A stretch of DNA of 64,000 bases from Octopus sinensis (taxonomy: Eukaryota): the NCBI RefSeq assembly GCF_006345805.1, contig NW_021833285.1:1-64000 (forward strand). Reading direction: 5' to 3'. Shown piece after piece: positions 27,300-40,341 of the stretch (the stretch's first letter is position 1; each line of letters starts with the position of its first letter). The position numbers and the translations under genes are program-made. The notes beneath the pieces were generated by a model. It made no database searches. It had not been told where the DNA came from and saw only the letters and a list, made by a program, of their open reading frames with translations.

Positions 27300-28090
27300 G
27301 ATTTGGCTGCAAAATGTTTTTGATAGTTTTCTTTTCTTTCTGTTCTTTAGATTCTGTGGAGACGCTCGTCTTAATCCTGCGCCTGTGCTGTGTATCATAT
27401 GGGATGCACAGGACATATTTCCCTGGAATCCATGCATTATGTATGATAGACATTCCCAATTTTTTGAACCACCAGGATAATTTGGGACTTATGAAAGAAA
27501 AGCTTTATACTACTCTGAACAAGGGATAACCAAAAGTCTGAAAACAAAGATAGACGTTTTGAAGAGCCTTATGAAAATCATTTGGAGAGGAAAAGGTTTA
27601 AGGGCTTTTGATTTGATGGGCATTTCTTATCGCTATCTCATAAAGATATATTATAGACTGTACTCGTCTGTACTCTATATGGGAAATCTTCCTGTGCTCA
27701 AGTACATCCTCTGTGGATTAAGTTTTCTAAAACTTTTTCTGAAGTTAGTTAAAATTTTCAATGAACTCTTCGTTGATATTTCCAAGGAAGATGAATTCTA
27801 TGCAGTTCAATAGAGATGAACTGAGCAAGTTCGCGCATGTTTTTCTCCCTTTCCACACGGAGTCTCATTTTGTTGGTAGGGGGTTTTCATTAGTATTTCT
27901 TCCCTGTTCCTGAGAGCTTTCCATCTTCTTTTCATTCCGCATTCCTGCATCACAAATATTTACACTATAATGCATTTGTTGTTGCTGTGATTGTAATTGT
28001 GACGGAGGTGATTTAGCCCAGGGTATCCGTGATCCAGCAGTTCCAACTCTGATTACCTTGAGCATTTTAGACTGCATGTAGGTCAGCATT
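27300..28090 (-). pseudogene. Highly decayed piggyBac-like transposase relic
   Basis: Minus frames give colinear degenerate motifs SRIPW (SMIPY), ICDA, CANLLSSSLL (DNLFTSxSLL), PNDFHKALQNVYLCFQ (P..YN..MGGVDL.DQ) and SWWF..MSIIHNAWI, at roughly the expected spacing; many stops. Aligned from memory only. Confidence 0.45.
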
Positions 28091-28682
28091 ATCCATTATA
28101 TCTTCTGCTTATTTTAGTGTGTAGGATACGATTTGAGGGAGATTGGAGAGCCATTGTTTGGAGGTTGAACGACCATATAAAACCCTCTTATGCAGTGTTA
28201 TGTTATATACAGTAGAGAACTTCAGTTATAATTCAGTTCAAAAGTTCAGCCATTTCCCATAAGTTGTCGCCATCTTGAGTTTGCCTAAAGATTATGTTAA
28301 GAGCACAAACGTTTGTACAATACTCAAACAATTTTACTGTAACACACAGAATAGTTAGTCCCGTTAATTAAACAGTTAAAACATTCACTCAGTGAAAACT
28401 ACACGAGATCCATTAAGTTCGTCACAAATCGTTTTATTCTGCTTTAGACTTTTATTCTATTCTTTTATTCTGTTCTTTGTTTTTCTCTCTTTCATTCTGT
28501 CTTCCTATTTCTTCCCTTATTCGCCCCTCGCCCTCCCTTCTGTCCTTCCTGTCTTCTTATTCACTTCGTACAGTCCTTTCCTCCCTCCTTTGCTCTCAAC
28601 TTATCTCCTTTCCGCCGGTCTTCCTTCGGCGTTGACTCCTCACTTTATATTATTTACATTGCGTCGTTTGTTCAACGATTAA

Positions 28683-28735
28683 AGACGTGCTGCTGCGTCA
28701 CGTGATCGTGATTCAGCCACCAATCTCGGAAGTTG
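28683..28735. promoter_or_regulatory. Possible cis-regulatory cluster (CRE/E-box, CCAAT, ETS)
   Basis: TGCGTCACGTGA, CCAATC and CGGAAGT occur within ~45 bp; no transcript evidence. Confidence 0.25.
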
Positions 28736-29058
28736 TCTTCTCATCTCTTACACTGTCCAACCATACGATTTCCTTCAAACTTCAAACCTTTTGTCTTTCT
28801 TGTATTCCTAAAGAAAACAAAATATCCTCTACATAATACGCAAGGAGACAGAAAGACAGAAATCAAGACAACTAGACGAATAAAAACATAAAGCATAAAT
28901 GGACGGACACACACGCACACGCACGCACACACACGTACGCACTCGCACGCAGAGGCACACAGACACACATGAATACAAAGAGTGATAGACGGATTTATAG
29001 CGATAAGGGCAGATAGATCAAGATGGATGGCTGGCTGGCTGGCTGGCTGGCTGGATGA

Positions 29059-29138
<80 letters not shown>

Positions 29139-29280
29139 GCAGGCAGAAAAAGAGACAGAGATAGACATAGATAACTGAATTATTTGAAATGCCATATTGC
29201 TACGCCGCCAAACTCTAATAAATATTAATGATTGTGTGTATATATATATGTTTGTGTGTATATATATATGTTTGTGTGTG

Positions 29281-29341
<61 letters not shown>

Positions 29342-29727
29342 TTATGTGTGTTACGAAGTCCTAATGTGGGTTAAATAATAATGTCAACTCATTCTTTCTA
29401 TACTATGAATATGTGAAAAAAAAGCGAGTGAGAATCTTCTGGCGGATGGTTTCATGGTTCTTGAGCGCTCTCCAGAGAGACTGTGCTTACCTTCGTTTTT
29501 CAGTCTGTGGCATAGGTCAGATATTGTATAAGAAGTCATGAATTAAGCTAGCACAATGGCTGGTAGCCTAATATGCATAAATGGGATTCGATGGCACGCC
29601 GTTAACTGAATGATATCTATTTATGCACAGTATAAGGTAAATAAGAAATTAAATAAATTTAATCATTGCAAACTTAAATAATAATATAAATACATTCATA
29701 CGTGACAAGACAACTGGCTTTTTGGCA

Positions 29728-30240
29728 CTATGTTGTCTTTCCCATATATGAAAAAACGCCAGCATTCAACAACACTTGGGAAATGGTGGGTGGGTTTACT
29801 TCCAATGAGCAACTTCTGCCCATCATGCGCAAAGACCAAAAGATGCAATGCTTACAACCGTTTTCAAGCTGTAACGGTATGATCTCTTTGCAACACCATC
29901 GCTCCACCATCAGAGGGTCAGTCGTATTGAAAACGAAGCCTGGAGGCCAACCTGGCCGTGCTCGGATAGTGCCATTGGAAGAGAACATACTGTACTCTCC
30001 TCCAATGTTATTCTTATAGCACATGTCAGACATTAGAAGACAAATTTCTGGAGAAGTCCCAGAAAGAAAAACATTTTTGTTAACTCCCCAGTCAAAAGGA
30101 ATACTTCTTTCTACGACATGTTCATTTCGTGACAGTGCCTCCGCAGTGTCTCAATGAACACTTCTTCGCCGCCTATCAGTATAGGAACAGAGGTTTCCAT
30201 CAGCAGGAATGAGTCCCGTGAGGTGGCTTATTTTCTGCGT
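29728..30240 (-). pseudogene. Diverged piggyBac-like transposase relic (C-terminal catalytic half)
   Basis: TSVPIL..VFIETLRR (FTSVPL..GTLRK), NKNVFL, YKNNIGG (YN..xGGVD) and WPPGFVFNTTDPLMVERWCCKE (WP...FYN..D....NAW..YKE); ~140 codons stop-free. Confidence 0.5.
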
Positions 30241-30975
30241 TTTTCTCTCAATAAAACACAATCGCCATTTCGTCTGCTTGGACAATAAATCCCTTACTTG
30301 ACTCGCTGTAAGATATTTCCCAACATTTTTTTGTTAAAATAATCAAAAGACGAAGTAAAACTTCTACCTATTAAATTATTAGATTCCGCCAGCCGCAGTG
30401 ACGTATTTAGAAAGACGAGAAAAACGAAAATTAAGTTCAACGGTGCTGACGTCAGAGAGCAAAATAAAATAGAATAATAAAAAAAATATGGGGAGAAAAT
30501 CGAAATTTTAAAAAGAATGTTATACGAGTGAAAAAATATAATAACCAGGCCGTAGTTCTTATAATGAGAGATAACAGGAAATACTGTGTAATAGTTTCTT
30601 TGAATGGAATATAGATTTTCTTTGCGAAATCACATCGATATAAATAATGAAATGAATAAATATAAAAATATATAAACGTATAAAAAAAATCTTTCATTGA
30701 TGAATTGGCAAATAAAGGAATAAATGAATAATTAGAAAAATAAATGGAAAAAGAGAAAATTTATGCATTAAAACACTTTTGGTTATAGCTTTCAAAGGTA
30801 AAAATGACCGCATCGCATCCATCCGTATGTAAATGTCTGTGTGTGTGTGTGTTGGTGTAGCTATGTCTCTCTTCTTCTCAATCTCTCTCTCTCTCTCTCT
30901 CTGTCTCTTTCTCTGTGTTTATATATATGCGTACATGTGTGTATGTAAAAATATATATGTATATATATACGTATC

Positions 30976-31010
<35 letters not shown>

Positions 31011-31021
31011 TATATATAATA

Positions 31022-31509
31022 ACTAGCATTAAAGACCCGTCGTTGCTGGTCATAGTGCTAGTGCATGTATATATGTGTATATATATATATGTCAACGGAG
31101 CGAGTCAACGGAGCGTGCAAGGGAGTACTCGACTCGAACTTGCAAAGTGGAAATATTTTAGTTTTACCTTTATATCTGGGACGTAGGATGTCCCGGAAAA
31201 TAATTTTAAATGCCCCCCACCCCCAGAAGTAGAGGTAGGCTGGATTGTAGCCACACTTCTATACAAGAGGGAGGACAAGATACAATTGATCGAAATTACA
31301 AGAGACGGGCTAACAATTCCAGTCTGTTATATATTTTGAGTATTGTTATCACTAGCGATAACAAGATATAACTTTGTATTTTGTATTTTATGTGTAGATG
31401 TATATATATATATATATATAGATGTACATGTAATATGTACACATATATATATACACATATATACATGCACTAGCACTATGACCCGGCAGCGACGGGTCAT
31501 AATGCTAGT
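31022..31509. mobile_element. Two inverted 41-bp self-palindromic Helitron-3'-end-like units
   Basis: ACTAGCA..GACCCG..CGGGTC..TGCTAG|T at 31469-31509; reverse complement at 31022-31062. Confidence 0.55.
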
Positions 31510-31618
31510 ATATATATATATATATATATATATTCTTTTATTCTTTTATTGTTATATGCTTCAGCCTTGAGGCTGCAGCAATGCTGGGGCACCATATATA
31601 TATATATATATAATATAA

Positions 31619-31659
<41 letters not shown>

Positions 31660-32190
31660 TATATAATATATATATATATATATATATAATGTAAGTAAAT
31701 ATATATATGTATATATATATACATATAAATATATAATACAAATAAGAAAAGGGAGGAAGAAACAAATTTGGTTTGTTCATCAACTTACAGATATTATAAT
31801 GTTGGATTATTTATTCATTATACAAATTAGAACATCAAAAGCATAGAAAAATATTATATAAATCAACAGAAAAGATAATAATACAAATACAGATTTTAAA
31901 ATTCATAGTATAAATTAGTGAAATCCTAAAGATTACTTCTCACATCTGTTTCAGCCTATGGTCAAAAGTAAATTTAATTTTCATTGCCTATAGGTGTCAA
32001 CATACTAAGGTTGTAGGCATTTAAAAAATATAATACAAAAATACAATATATTACAAAAACCATAGGCCTCGACAGAGGTAATAAAGAACTTTAAAAATAT
32101 TAATATTAATATTAATATACTAAACATGATACACATATTACTTAATATATAAAAAATAAACAATAAACAAATATCCAAATATGCATACGT

Positions 32191-32236
<46 letters not shown>

Positions 32237-32828
32237 TGATCAAAATAAAATAAAAACATGATGCGAAGGATTCAGCGGTACATATGTTTCGGGCCTTTAT
32301 TAGACAGATTTATAACAATGCATAATGTATGTCTGTGGCCTTCTTCAGCCGCGCACAACAGCTTCCACAAGGACATGTGTTACATCAAAAATTCTTGGTT
32401 GGGGATGCAAATCCTCTCATTCGCGTACGACATAATGCGGCAGCAGCATAGAATTGAAGCGTCCATCTCTTTATCGAAATGGTAGGCCCCCAATATATAT
32501 ATATATCTTACATACTATAATAATGTCTTCTAACACATCAAAAATTCACGATACAAGATTCAATATATATATATTCATACATATATATATATGCATACAA
32601 AATACATGCGTATAAGCATATAAACCAGACAATCAGAATATAGTTATCATTTCATACATCCACGTAAAGCAAACAAATTCAATTGTAAAATCCAATTGAG
32701 TAATTCCCAACTTTTTGTCAAAGCTGAATTTAATCATCCACAGTATTTATGCTTATGTTATATGTATAATAAAGATTTTCAAAATTATTGGGGGCGTCGA
32801 ACCGCTTATTTATTTTTATCAATCCCAT

Positions 32829-33215
32829 TTGGCGAACCATTAAGTTATTTCATCGAACCCCTTTGGCGAACCGCTAGGTTATTTTATCGATGTTATTTGG
32901 CGAACCGCTAAGTCATTTTATCGATCTTCTTTGGCAAACTGATAGGTTATTTTATCGATCACGTTTGGTGAAACGCTATGTTATTTTATCAATCTCATTT
33001 GGTGAACCGCTAAGTTATTTTATCTTTATCCTTTGGAGAACTGCTAACTTATTTTATCGATCTCGATTGGTGAACCGCTGTTATTTCATCGATCTCCTTT
33101 GGCGAACCGCTAAGTTATTTTATCGATCCCCTTTGGTGAACCTCTAAGTTATTTTATCGATCTTCTTTGGAGAACCGCTAAGTCATTTTATCGATCTCGA
33201 TGGCGAACTGCTAAT
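32829..33215. repeat. ~32-bp degenerate minisatellite (TTGGCGAACCGCTAAGTTATTTTATCGATCYC) x~12
   Basis: Periodic ggcgaaccgctaag/ttattttatcga motifs. Confidence 0.9.
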
Positions 33216-34063
33216 TTATTTTAAGACTGGACATCTTCTGCCCAATTTCAATCTAATATTCAACGTGGTAAAGTGGAAGCGGATTAAGCGCAGAAATCTA
33301 ATTTCTTATAAATAGGAGAGAGGTAGATGGGGAAAGATAGAGAGTAAGAGAAAACGAGGGAGAGTCCGAGAGAAAGGAAGAGTAAGAGAGTGGGAAGGTG
33401 AGAGATAAAGGAGAGAGAAACAAAGTGGGATAATGTGGCGATAAGAAACTAAAAGGAAGCAACAGAAAGTAACAACCACACTCTTACCCACGCGCAGAGT
33501 GGGTCACCTTAAGCTAGTTTTTTATATATTGCGAGCTGGATTTAACGGGCGAGTATCCACCACTGAGGATGATCACAAATAAGTCGAAACCGTACGGTCT
33601 AGTGGTCTCGTGGCTAGAAGATGGAAGGAGATCACTCCCCTGCTTGCAATATATAGCGGATGCAGATTGCATCGAATAGCCAGAACAGCTATGTTGAAAT
33701 GGCGATAAACAGTACTTCTCAGTATGGTTAGTTCCTCCATCTCTTTTACAGGTTTTATAACTAGCTAATGTCATGCATTTATTGGGATTAGGACTAAGAT
33801 TGTAAGAACATTCATTCTTTACTCAAGTGTTTTGGTGGCATAAATAAATGAAGTGTAGCGATGCTAAACGAGATTTGGAACAGATATACGAGCTCCGCTC
33901 GCAGAAAGTTTATTTGCAAGGACAAACGTTTGAGGCTAGAATACTGTCAATTAAATTCATCCCAGTACTTGACCGGTACTTTGTTTTATCGACCCTAGAA
34001 GGTTTAAAATCCAAGTTGATCTCATCAGGATTTGAAATAAGAACGTAAAAGGCTGTAATTAAT

Positions 34064-35068
34064 GCGGCCGGTAATAAAGTCACAGGGAAAAAGTCACAGA
34101 AAAAATGTCACAATTTTGGCTAGGAAAAAGAGTCACAATTAATTTATGGTGGCTGGTAATAAAGTCACAGGGAAAAAGTCACATAAAAAGTCACAATTTT
34201 GTCTAGGAAAGAAAGTCAGGAAAGAAATTTTGTCTAGGAAAGAAAGTCAGGAAAGAAATTGTGTTAGGAAAGAAAGTCAGGAAAGAAATTTTGTCTAGGA
34301 AAGAAAGTCAGGAAAGAAATTTTGTCTAGGAAAGAAAGTCAGGAAAGAAATTTTGTCTAGGAAAGAAAGTCAGGAAAGAAATTTTGTCTAGGAAAGAAAG
34401 TCAGGAAAGAAATTTTGTCTAGGAAAGAAAGTCAGGAAAGAAATTTTGTCTAGGAAAGAAAGTCAGGAAAGAAATTTTGTCTAGGAAAGAAAGTCAGGAA
34501 AGAAATTTTGTCTAGGAAAGAAAGTCAGGAAAGAAATTTTGTCTAGGAAAGAAAGTCAGGAAAGAAATTTTGTCTAGGAAGAAAGTCAGGAAAGAAATTT
34601 TGTCTAGGAAAGAAAGTCAGGAAAGAAATTTTGTCTAGGAAAGAAAGTCAGGAAGAAATTTTGTCTAGGAAAGAAAGTCAGGAAAGAATTTTGTCTAGGA
34701 AAGAAAGTCAGGAAAGAAATTTTGTCTAGGAAAGAAGTCAGGAAAGAAATTTTGTCTAGGAAAGAAGTCAGGAAAGAATTTTGTCTAGGAAAGAAAGTCA
34801 GGAAAGAAATTTTGTCTAGGAAAGAAAGTCAGGAAAGAAATTTTGTCTAGGAAAGAAAGCAAAAATATTCTTCAAGTCAGTTACAGTTTATCAAAGTTCT
34901 ATAAACAATTAAGGTAATAAAACAGAAAATATTTAAAGTCAATTAACTGGCAATACATGACTTGTACATATTGACAACACTATATATGATGGCATTGCAT
35001 GTGACTTCTTTTCCTGTGACATTTTTTTCCGTGACTTTTTCCCGTGACCTTTTTTTTTACCTGGATTC
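34064..35068. mobile_element. Mutator/foldback-like non-autonomous DNA transposon, 9-bp TSD
   Basis: gtaattaat|...|gtaattaaa flanks; inverted modular ends built from (gga)aaaagtcac units. Confidence 0.75.
34198..34858. repeat. 31-bp homogeneous tandem array x~21 inside the Mutator-like element
   Basis: Unit TTTGTCTAGGAAAGAAAGTCAGGAAAGAAAT. Confidence 0.95.
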
Positions 35069-36489
35069 GTAATTAAATATCCAAACATGTCGTTTGTTGG
35101 ATGCTCTAACGACCGTGTCAATCCACTGTCGGAAATATGAACCAAAAAAGGAGAGCGTTCATACGGCTACTTGATTTGCTAGAAATGACAACCAAATCTC
35201 TCTTAAATGACAAATCAAATCACGTCTTAAATTAAAAGAAAACAGACACGCTAAATAATGTATTCCAAGATATCCCTTAAAATACGGGACGGTCACAGCT
35301 GGAATGTCTTTAGCCATTCGATTTGTTTGAAACTAAACAACATTGACAATATGACAATAAAAACAATAACATCAACTATTGAAAATATTAAAAAAAAACA
35401 TACTAATAAAAAAGAAGCATTTCTGTTTCAACTATTATGGTTTCTTTTCCAAAATATTCCAGACATAATCTCTCTGGTATTATACTGTCGTCTGCTTGCG
35501 TTTGTAGAAAATAAATCGAACATTAGAGAAACACAACATTCAGGAGAAAAATATTTTAATACGTTAACATGACATTATCATTGACGATGATTACTCAAGA
35601 GGAATTATTTTCTACTGTTCTTTTATTTTATTTTATCTTTTATTAGTTTCTGCGTGCAGGAAGAGGCTCTCTTGAGCACTTGGTCAACACCTTCCGCCAA
35701 AAGTGTTAGCCAATGGTCGCCACCGTTGGCGCCGTGAATAGCGAACTTAAATTACTTTTCTTTACTGTCTCTTTTCGAATTCTTGATTCATTTTTTTTAA
35801 CAAGCACACTCAGATTATATCTGGCTTCCAGATACAGCGCTTGGATGCTCTGAGAAGCATCCTCTGTGATATTAGTGCCGTTACTGGAGACGTAGGAAGT
35901 TTAGGATCTGTTTTTGCTTCTTTTTTTTTCGTTTTTTCAACCTTATAATCTGTCTCGTGCATTTGATTCAGAAAGTCCATAAATAGTTAAGAGTAAGCTA
36001 GGTACAGTCTGAAATAATACCGCGGTTATGATCGACTAATATTTTTTGAAGGTGATGTCCCAGCATGGCCGCAATCCAATGACTGAAACCGTTAAAAAGT
36101 ATAATGAAATAAAATATATAATTTTAAGAATCCATTCGAGCAATCATTCACATTTGTTGTGATAAACTAAAAGCAATTTGTTTTTAAAGTCACTTTTTAA
36201 GTACTTGTTCTATTTTTCACAAACGCAACCAGAGAGCAACACAAGAAAAAGATTAAATATGATTTCACGATTCTTTAATTGGATGCTCTGGGATGCACCA
36301 TCAGTGATGCTGGCGATGTTACATGGGTCGTAGGGAGTTTAGGGTCTATCGACATGAAAAAAAGAACAGAAAAAAGGGAAAGCGAAAAGTGTCATTGACG
36401 TTTCGGACATAAAGTCACTCACCAGAAAAGAAGGACTGTAGAAAGAGAAGGGGGTTCGGAAAGAGAAAAAAAAGACATAACTGTGTGAT

Positions 36490-36631
36490 AGGATGTACGC
36501 TTTCCGACTACATGGTCTCCAGTTCAGTCTCTCAGCGCGGTACCATGGGCATGTGGCGTCTACTATAGCCTCGGACCGACCAAACCCTTGTGAGTGGATT
36601 TGATAAACGGAAACCGGAAGAAGTCCGTCGT

Positions 36632-36677
<46 letters not shown>

Positions 36678-36902
36678 TGTGTGTGTGTGTGTGTGTGTAT
36701 TTGTGCTTGTGTTTGTCTCCACCTCCGCTTGACAACCGGAGTCGGTGTGTTTATGTCCCCGTCACTTAGCGATTCGGAAAAAGAAGCCGATATGTATCAG
36801 TTGTTAAAAAACGTAAGTACTGGGGCCGATTCGATCGACTAAAATTCTTCGATGCGGTGCCCCAGCATGGCCACAGTCTAATGATTGAAACAAATGTAAA
36901 AA
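36490..36902 (+). mobile_element. SINE family 1 copy
   Basis: ctactatagcctcggaccgaccaaac...gtggatttg...cgcttgacaacc...ccccagcatggccacag. Confidence 0.85.
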
Positions 36903-36927
36903 ATATATGATAGATACGCATCTATCG

Positions 36928-36978
<51 letters not shown>

Positions 36979-37039
36979 GATCTATCGATCTATCTATCTG
37001 TCTATCTATCTATCGATCTATCTATCTATCTATCTATCG

Positions 37040-37095
<56 letters not shown>

Positions 37096-37420
37096 GTCTG
37101 TCTCTCTCTCTATATATATATAAACAAATATAAATATAAACCTCCCACCACACTACACTACACCATACGACATTACACATCACATCATACATACATACAC
37201 ACGTCCAGACCTTTCATACGCACATACATACTCTCTCATACACACACGCACCCTTATGTTGGGGCGAGGTCATTTGACCTTGTTATCTCCCCTACTATCC
37301 CTCTTGCGTCTCACGTTTGATCTTAGACTTCTGGTCGAAATCAGATCGCCATGTTGATTCGCTAGCCCCTGCACGCATTTTTTTCTCTCCTTGTTTCTTT
37401 CCGTGTTTCTTTTCTGTGTA

Positions 37421-37458
37421 TCTTTCTGTTGAAGAGCGTAGGCTCGAAACGTAAAAGA
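37421..37458 (+). ncRNA. Hammerhead-like fold with non-canonical core CUGUUGA
   Basis: TCTTT-CTGTTGA-A-GAGC-gtag-GCTC-GAAA-CGTA-AAAGA; differs from 22357-22394 only at position 7. Confidence 0.6.
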
Positions 37459-37618
37459 CTTGTTTTATTTATATTCCTGAGCGCCATACTAATACAATTG
37501 TTTGTTTGTATTCCACCTGCCTTCGTCATTTGTTTATTTTCGTAAACCTTCCCGTTATACATATATATATATATATTTGTTTATATGTAAGCAAGCGTGC
37601 GAATGTGTGTGTGCGTGT

Positions 37619-37760
<142 letters not shown>

Positions 37761-37905
37761 TGTGTGTGGTGTGTGTGTGTGTGTGTGTGTGTGCAATATA
37801 TATATTGCAGCGAAAACAAATGGTGGAAATTAACATTACTCGGCAATCATTTCACTAAAAAAATATTCTTAAATCAACTAACGGGGTACTAAAGCTTGCA
37901 ACAAG

Positions 37906-37953
<48 letters not shown>

Positions 37954-38169
37954 TGTGTGTGTGCGTGCGTGTGTGTGTGTGTGCGTATGTGTGTGTTTGC
38001 TAGACACATTTTATCATCAAAACATATTGAGAGTGAAAGCCGTGGAGTTCAGTGATGTTGATTTAAGTATATTTATCATTCGATAAAAACTGTTTATCAA
38101 AACTTCGGCGAGTAATATTTATATTTATTTCAGCTGTAAATATGAGCATTTGGTTCAAACAGTTGTTGT

Positions 38170-38450
38170 CAGAGGCGGATTGGCCAGGTTTCCAGCTTGC
38201 CCGATGGCAAGTGGGCCCCTGCGCCATTAGAATCCATATATAGGGGACAATGTTAGTATCTAAGGGGCCCATTCCCTCAAGTTTGAGAATTTTTTATTCA
38301 CTCCTGGAAAAATGTTTTAATTATTTCAAAAGAAAAAAAGAAAAAGGACTTAAATGATAGCATCCTAATTGCGGGCGGGCCCCGTTGTAGTTGCGTGTGG
38401 GTCCTCTCAGTCTCCTGGCAACCGATACTTTTAAATCCAGTCCGCTACTG
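38170..38450. mobile_element. hAT-type MITE with perfect 8-bp TSD
   Basis: gttgttgt|CAGAGGCGGATTGG ... CCAGTCCGCTACTG|gttgttgt; internal gggcccc motifs. Confidence 0.85.
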
Positions 38451-39481
38451 GTTGTTGTGCTTTCGTTGTTCCAAAGAAAATCTCAAAGAAGTTTTCAGAA
38501 ACCTACAACAAACCGATGTGTCCGAGGATTTTTATTTCGTTGATAGCTCTGATAGAAATAACAGCCAAATCTCCCTCAAATCACATCATGTGGGACACAG
38601 TATATGATGCAGACTCAGGCATACTTTTTGGAGAAAAAGATAAGATGGTCACAGCCGGAACCTCTGGGACGCCTGCTCGGTCGTTACTGATCCGGGTTCA
38701 AATCACAACGGAACATAATTTTAAGAAGCAAACCGGGGCACCTCGATGTGGTTGTTCAATCTGCTGGAAATATCAGCCAAATGTATCTCCCTCAAATTAA
38801 ATCTGACTTAGAAAATGAAATGACTCGAACATTGCAGTGACGCGAAAAAGGAGCGAAGGTCAAGAATGGAGCGGGTTTTATTGTAAGCGGGCTGGGACAG
38901 ACTTTGAGTTAAACAACAACATCAATAACAACAACAACCAAAAAAATATACAGAATTTATTGACATAAAAACAGAAAACGGTTGTATGTGTTTGTGAATA
39001 TAGATGCGTGCGTATGAGTATTTATGTGTATGTGTGAGAGAGAATGGAAGATACAGGTGAAAGCAATGAATGTGGATTATGTACGCGCGCGCGTGTGTGT
39101 GTGTGTGTATGTGTGTGTGTGTGAAAAAGAGAGACGGAGACAAGGAGAGAGAAGCGAAATATTACGGTAGACCAAAAAGCACAACCGAGAAGCGGGAGAG
39201 CGAGGAGAGAGAGAGGGAGAGAGAGAGAGAGAAAACAATGAAGATAGCTTTGATAAAGACAAGAGATCAAAGGAAGATAGAGAGAGATATAAATCATGTT
39301 GGAAACGAGAAAGAATAAAAATTGAGTATTTACTAACAGTAAATGGACGAATTCATCGAAGTTTGCGCTGGCTTTTCTTTTCTTCCTAGACTCGTTGGCA
39401 CGCTGTCGTCTATACATGGTATTTGTGTATATACATGCATACGTACATGCATACATACATATATCTGTGTGTATATGTATG

Positions 39482-39517
<36 letters not shown>

Positions 39518-39540
39518 ATATATATACATACATACATACA

Positions 39541-39571
<31 letters not shown>

Positions 39572-39874
39572 TAAATAACACATACCGGTATCTCTTTTAT
39601 ATGTAATTACATCCATTCGTAATTATATATGTGTGTGTATTTAAGTGTGCAATATATAAATATATGTATATATAATTACGTAATATATACACATATGCAT
39701 ATAGACATATAAATACATATATATACATATACCATAAAACACACACGTATGACATACAAGCACGCATACATAAGAACGGACATATACAGTCATAAATGCA
39801 TACATACATACATACATACATACATACATACATACATACATACATACATACATACATACATACACGCTTGTATG

Positions 39875-39905
<31 letters not shown>

Positions 39906-40298
39906 ATGATGTAGGTTGTAAATAAATTAAAAATTGATTTTGTGACAAATTTCTTTTGCCGTTTCGTGGTATAATAGGTTTCAAACTTATTTAGAACAAA
40001 AAATATTCCGAAAAAGAAAATCTCAAATGGAATAATTACAAAATGTTACGTCATCGGAAATGGATAGGAGACGAAAAAAGAGAAAGAGAAAGAACAAGAG
40101 AGAAAGACAGAGACAAAACGAGATGGAGAGAGAGAGAGAGAAAGGGAGACTTATCATTTTGTAAGATTTGCTGCGGTAGAACCGTCGTCTTTGATTTTCC
40201 CAAAATAGAGTTCCAAAGAGATTGGCGAATGTAATGAGATACAAAAACAACTCGATATGTATGTAGGTTGTATGTATGTATGTATGTAGGTATGTAGG

Positions 40299-40341
<43 letters not shown>

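Larger units (their letters stand above)
33850..35140 (-). mobile_element. SINE family 2 split by a DNA transposon insertion
   Basis: Body at 33850-34063 continues into the head at 35069-35140 (reverse complement gtcgttagagcatccaac...atttaattac|agccttttacgttc). Confidence 0.7.

Noticed and set aside
32829-33215. 32-bp array as a CRISPR array
   Set aside because: No spacers; the units themselves are degenerate
34198-34858. 31-bp array as a CRISPR array
   Set aside because: Units are head-to-tail with no unique spacers, there are no cas genes, and the context is eukaryotic
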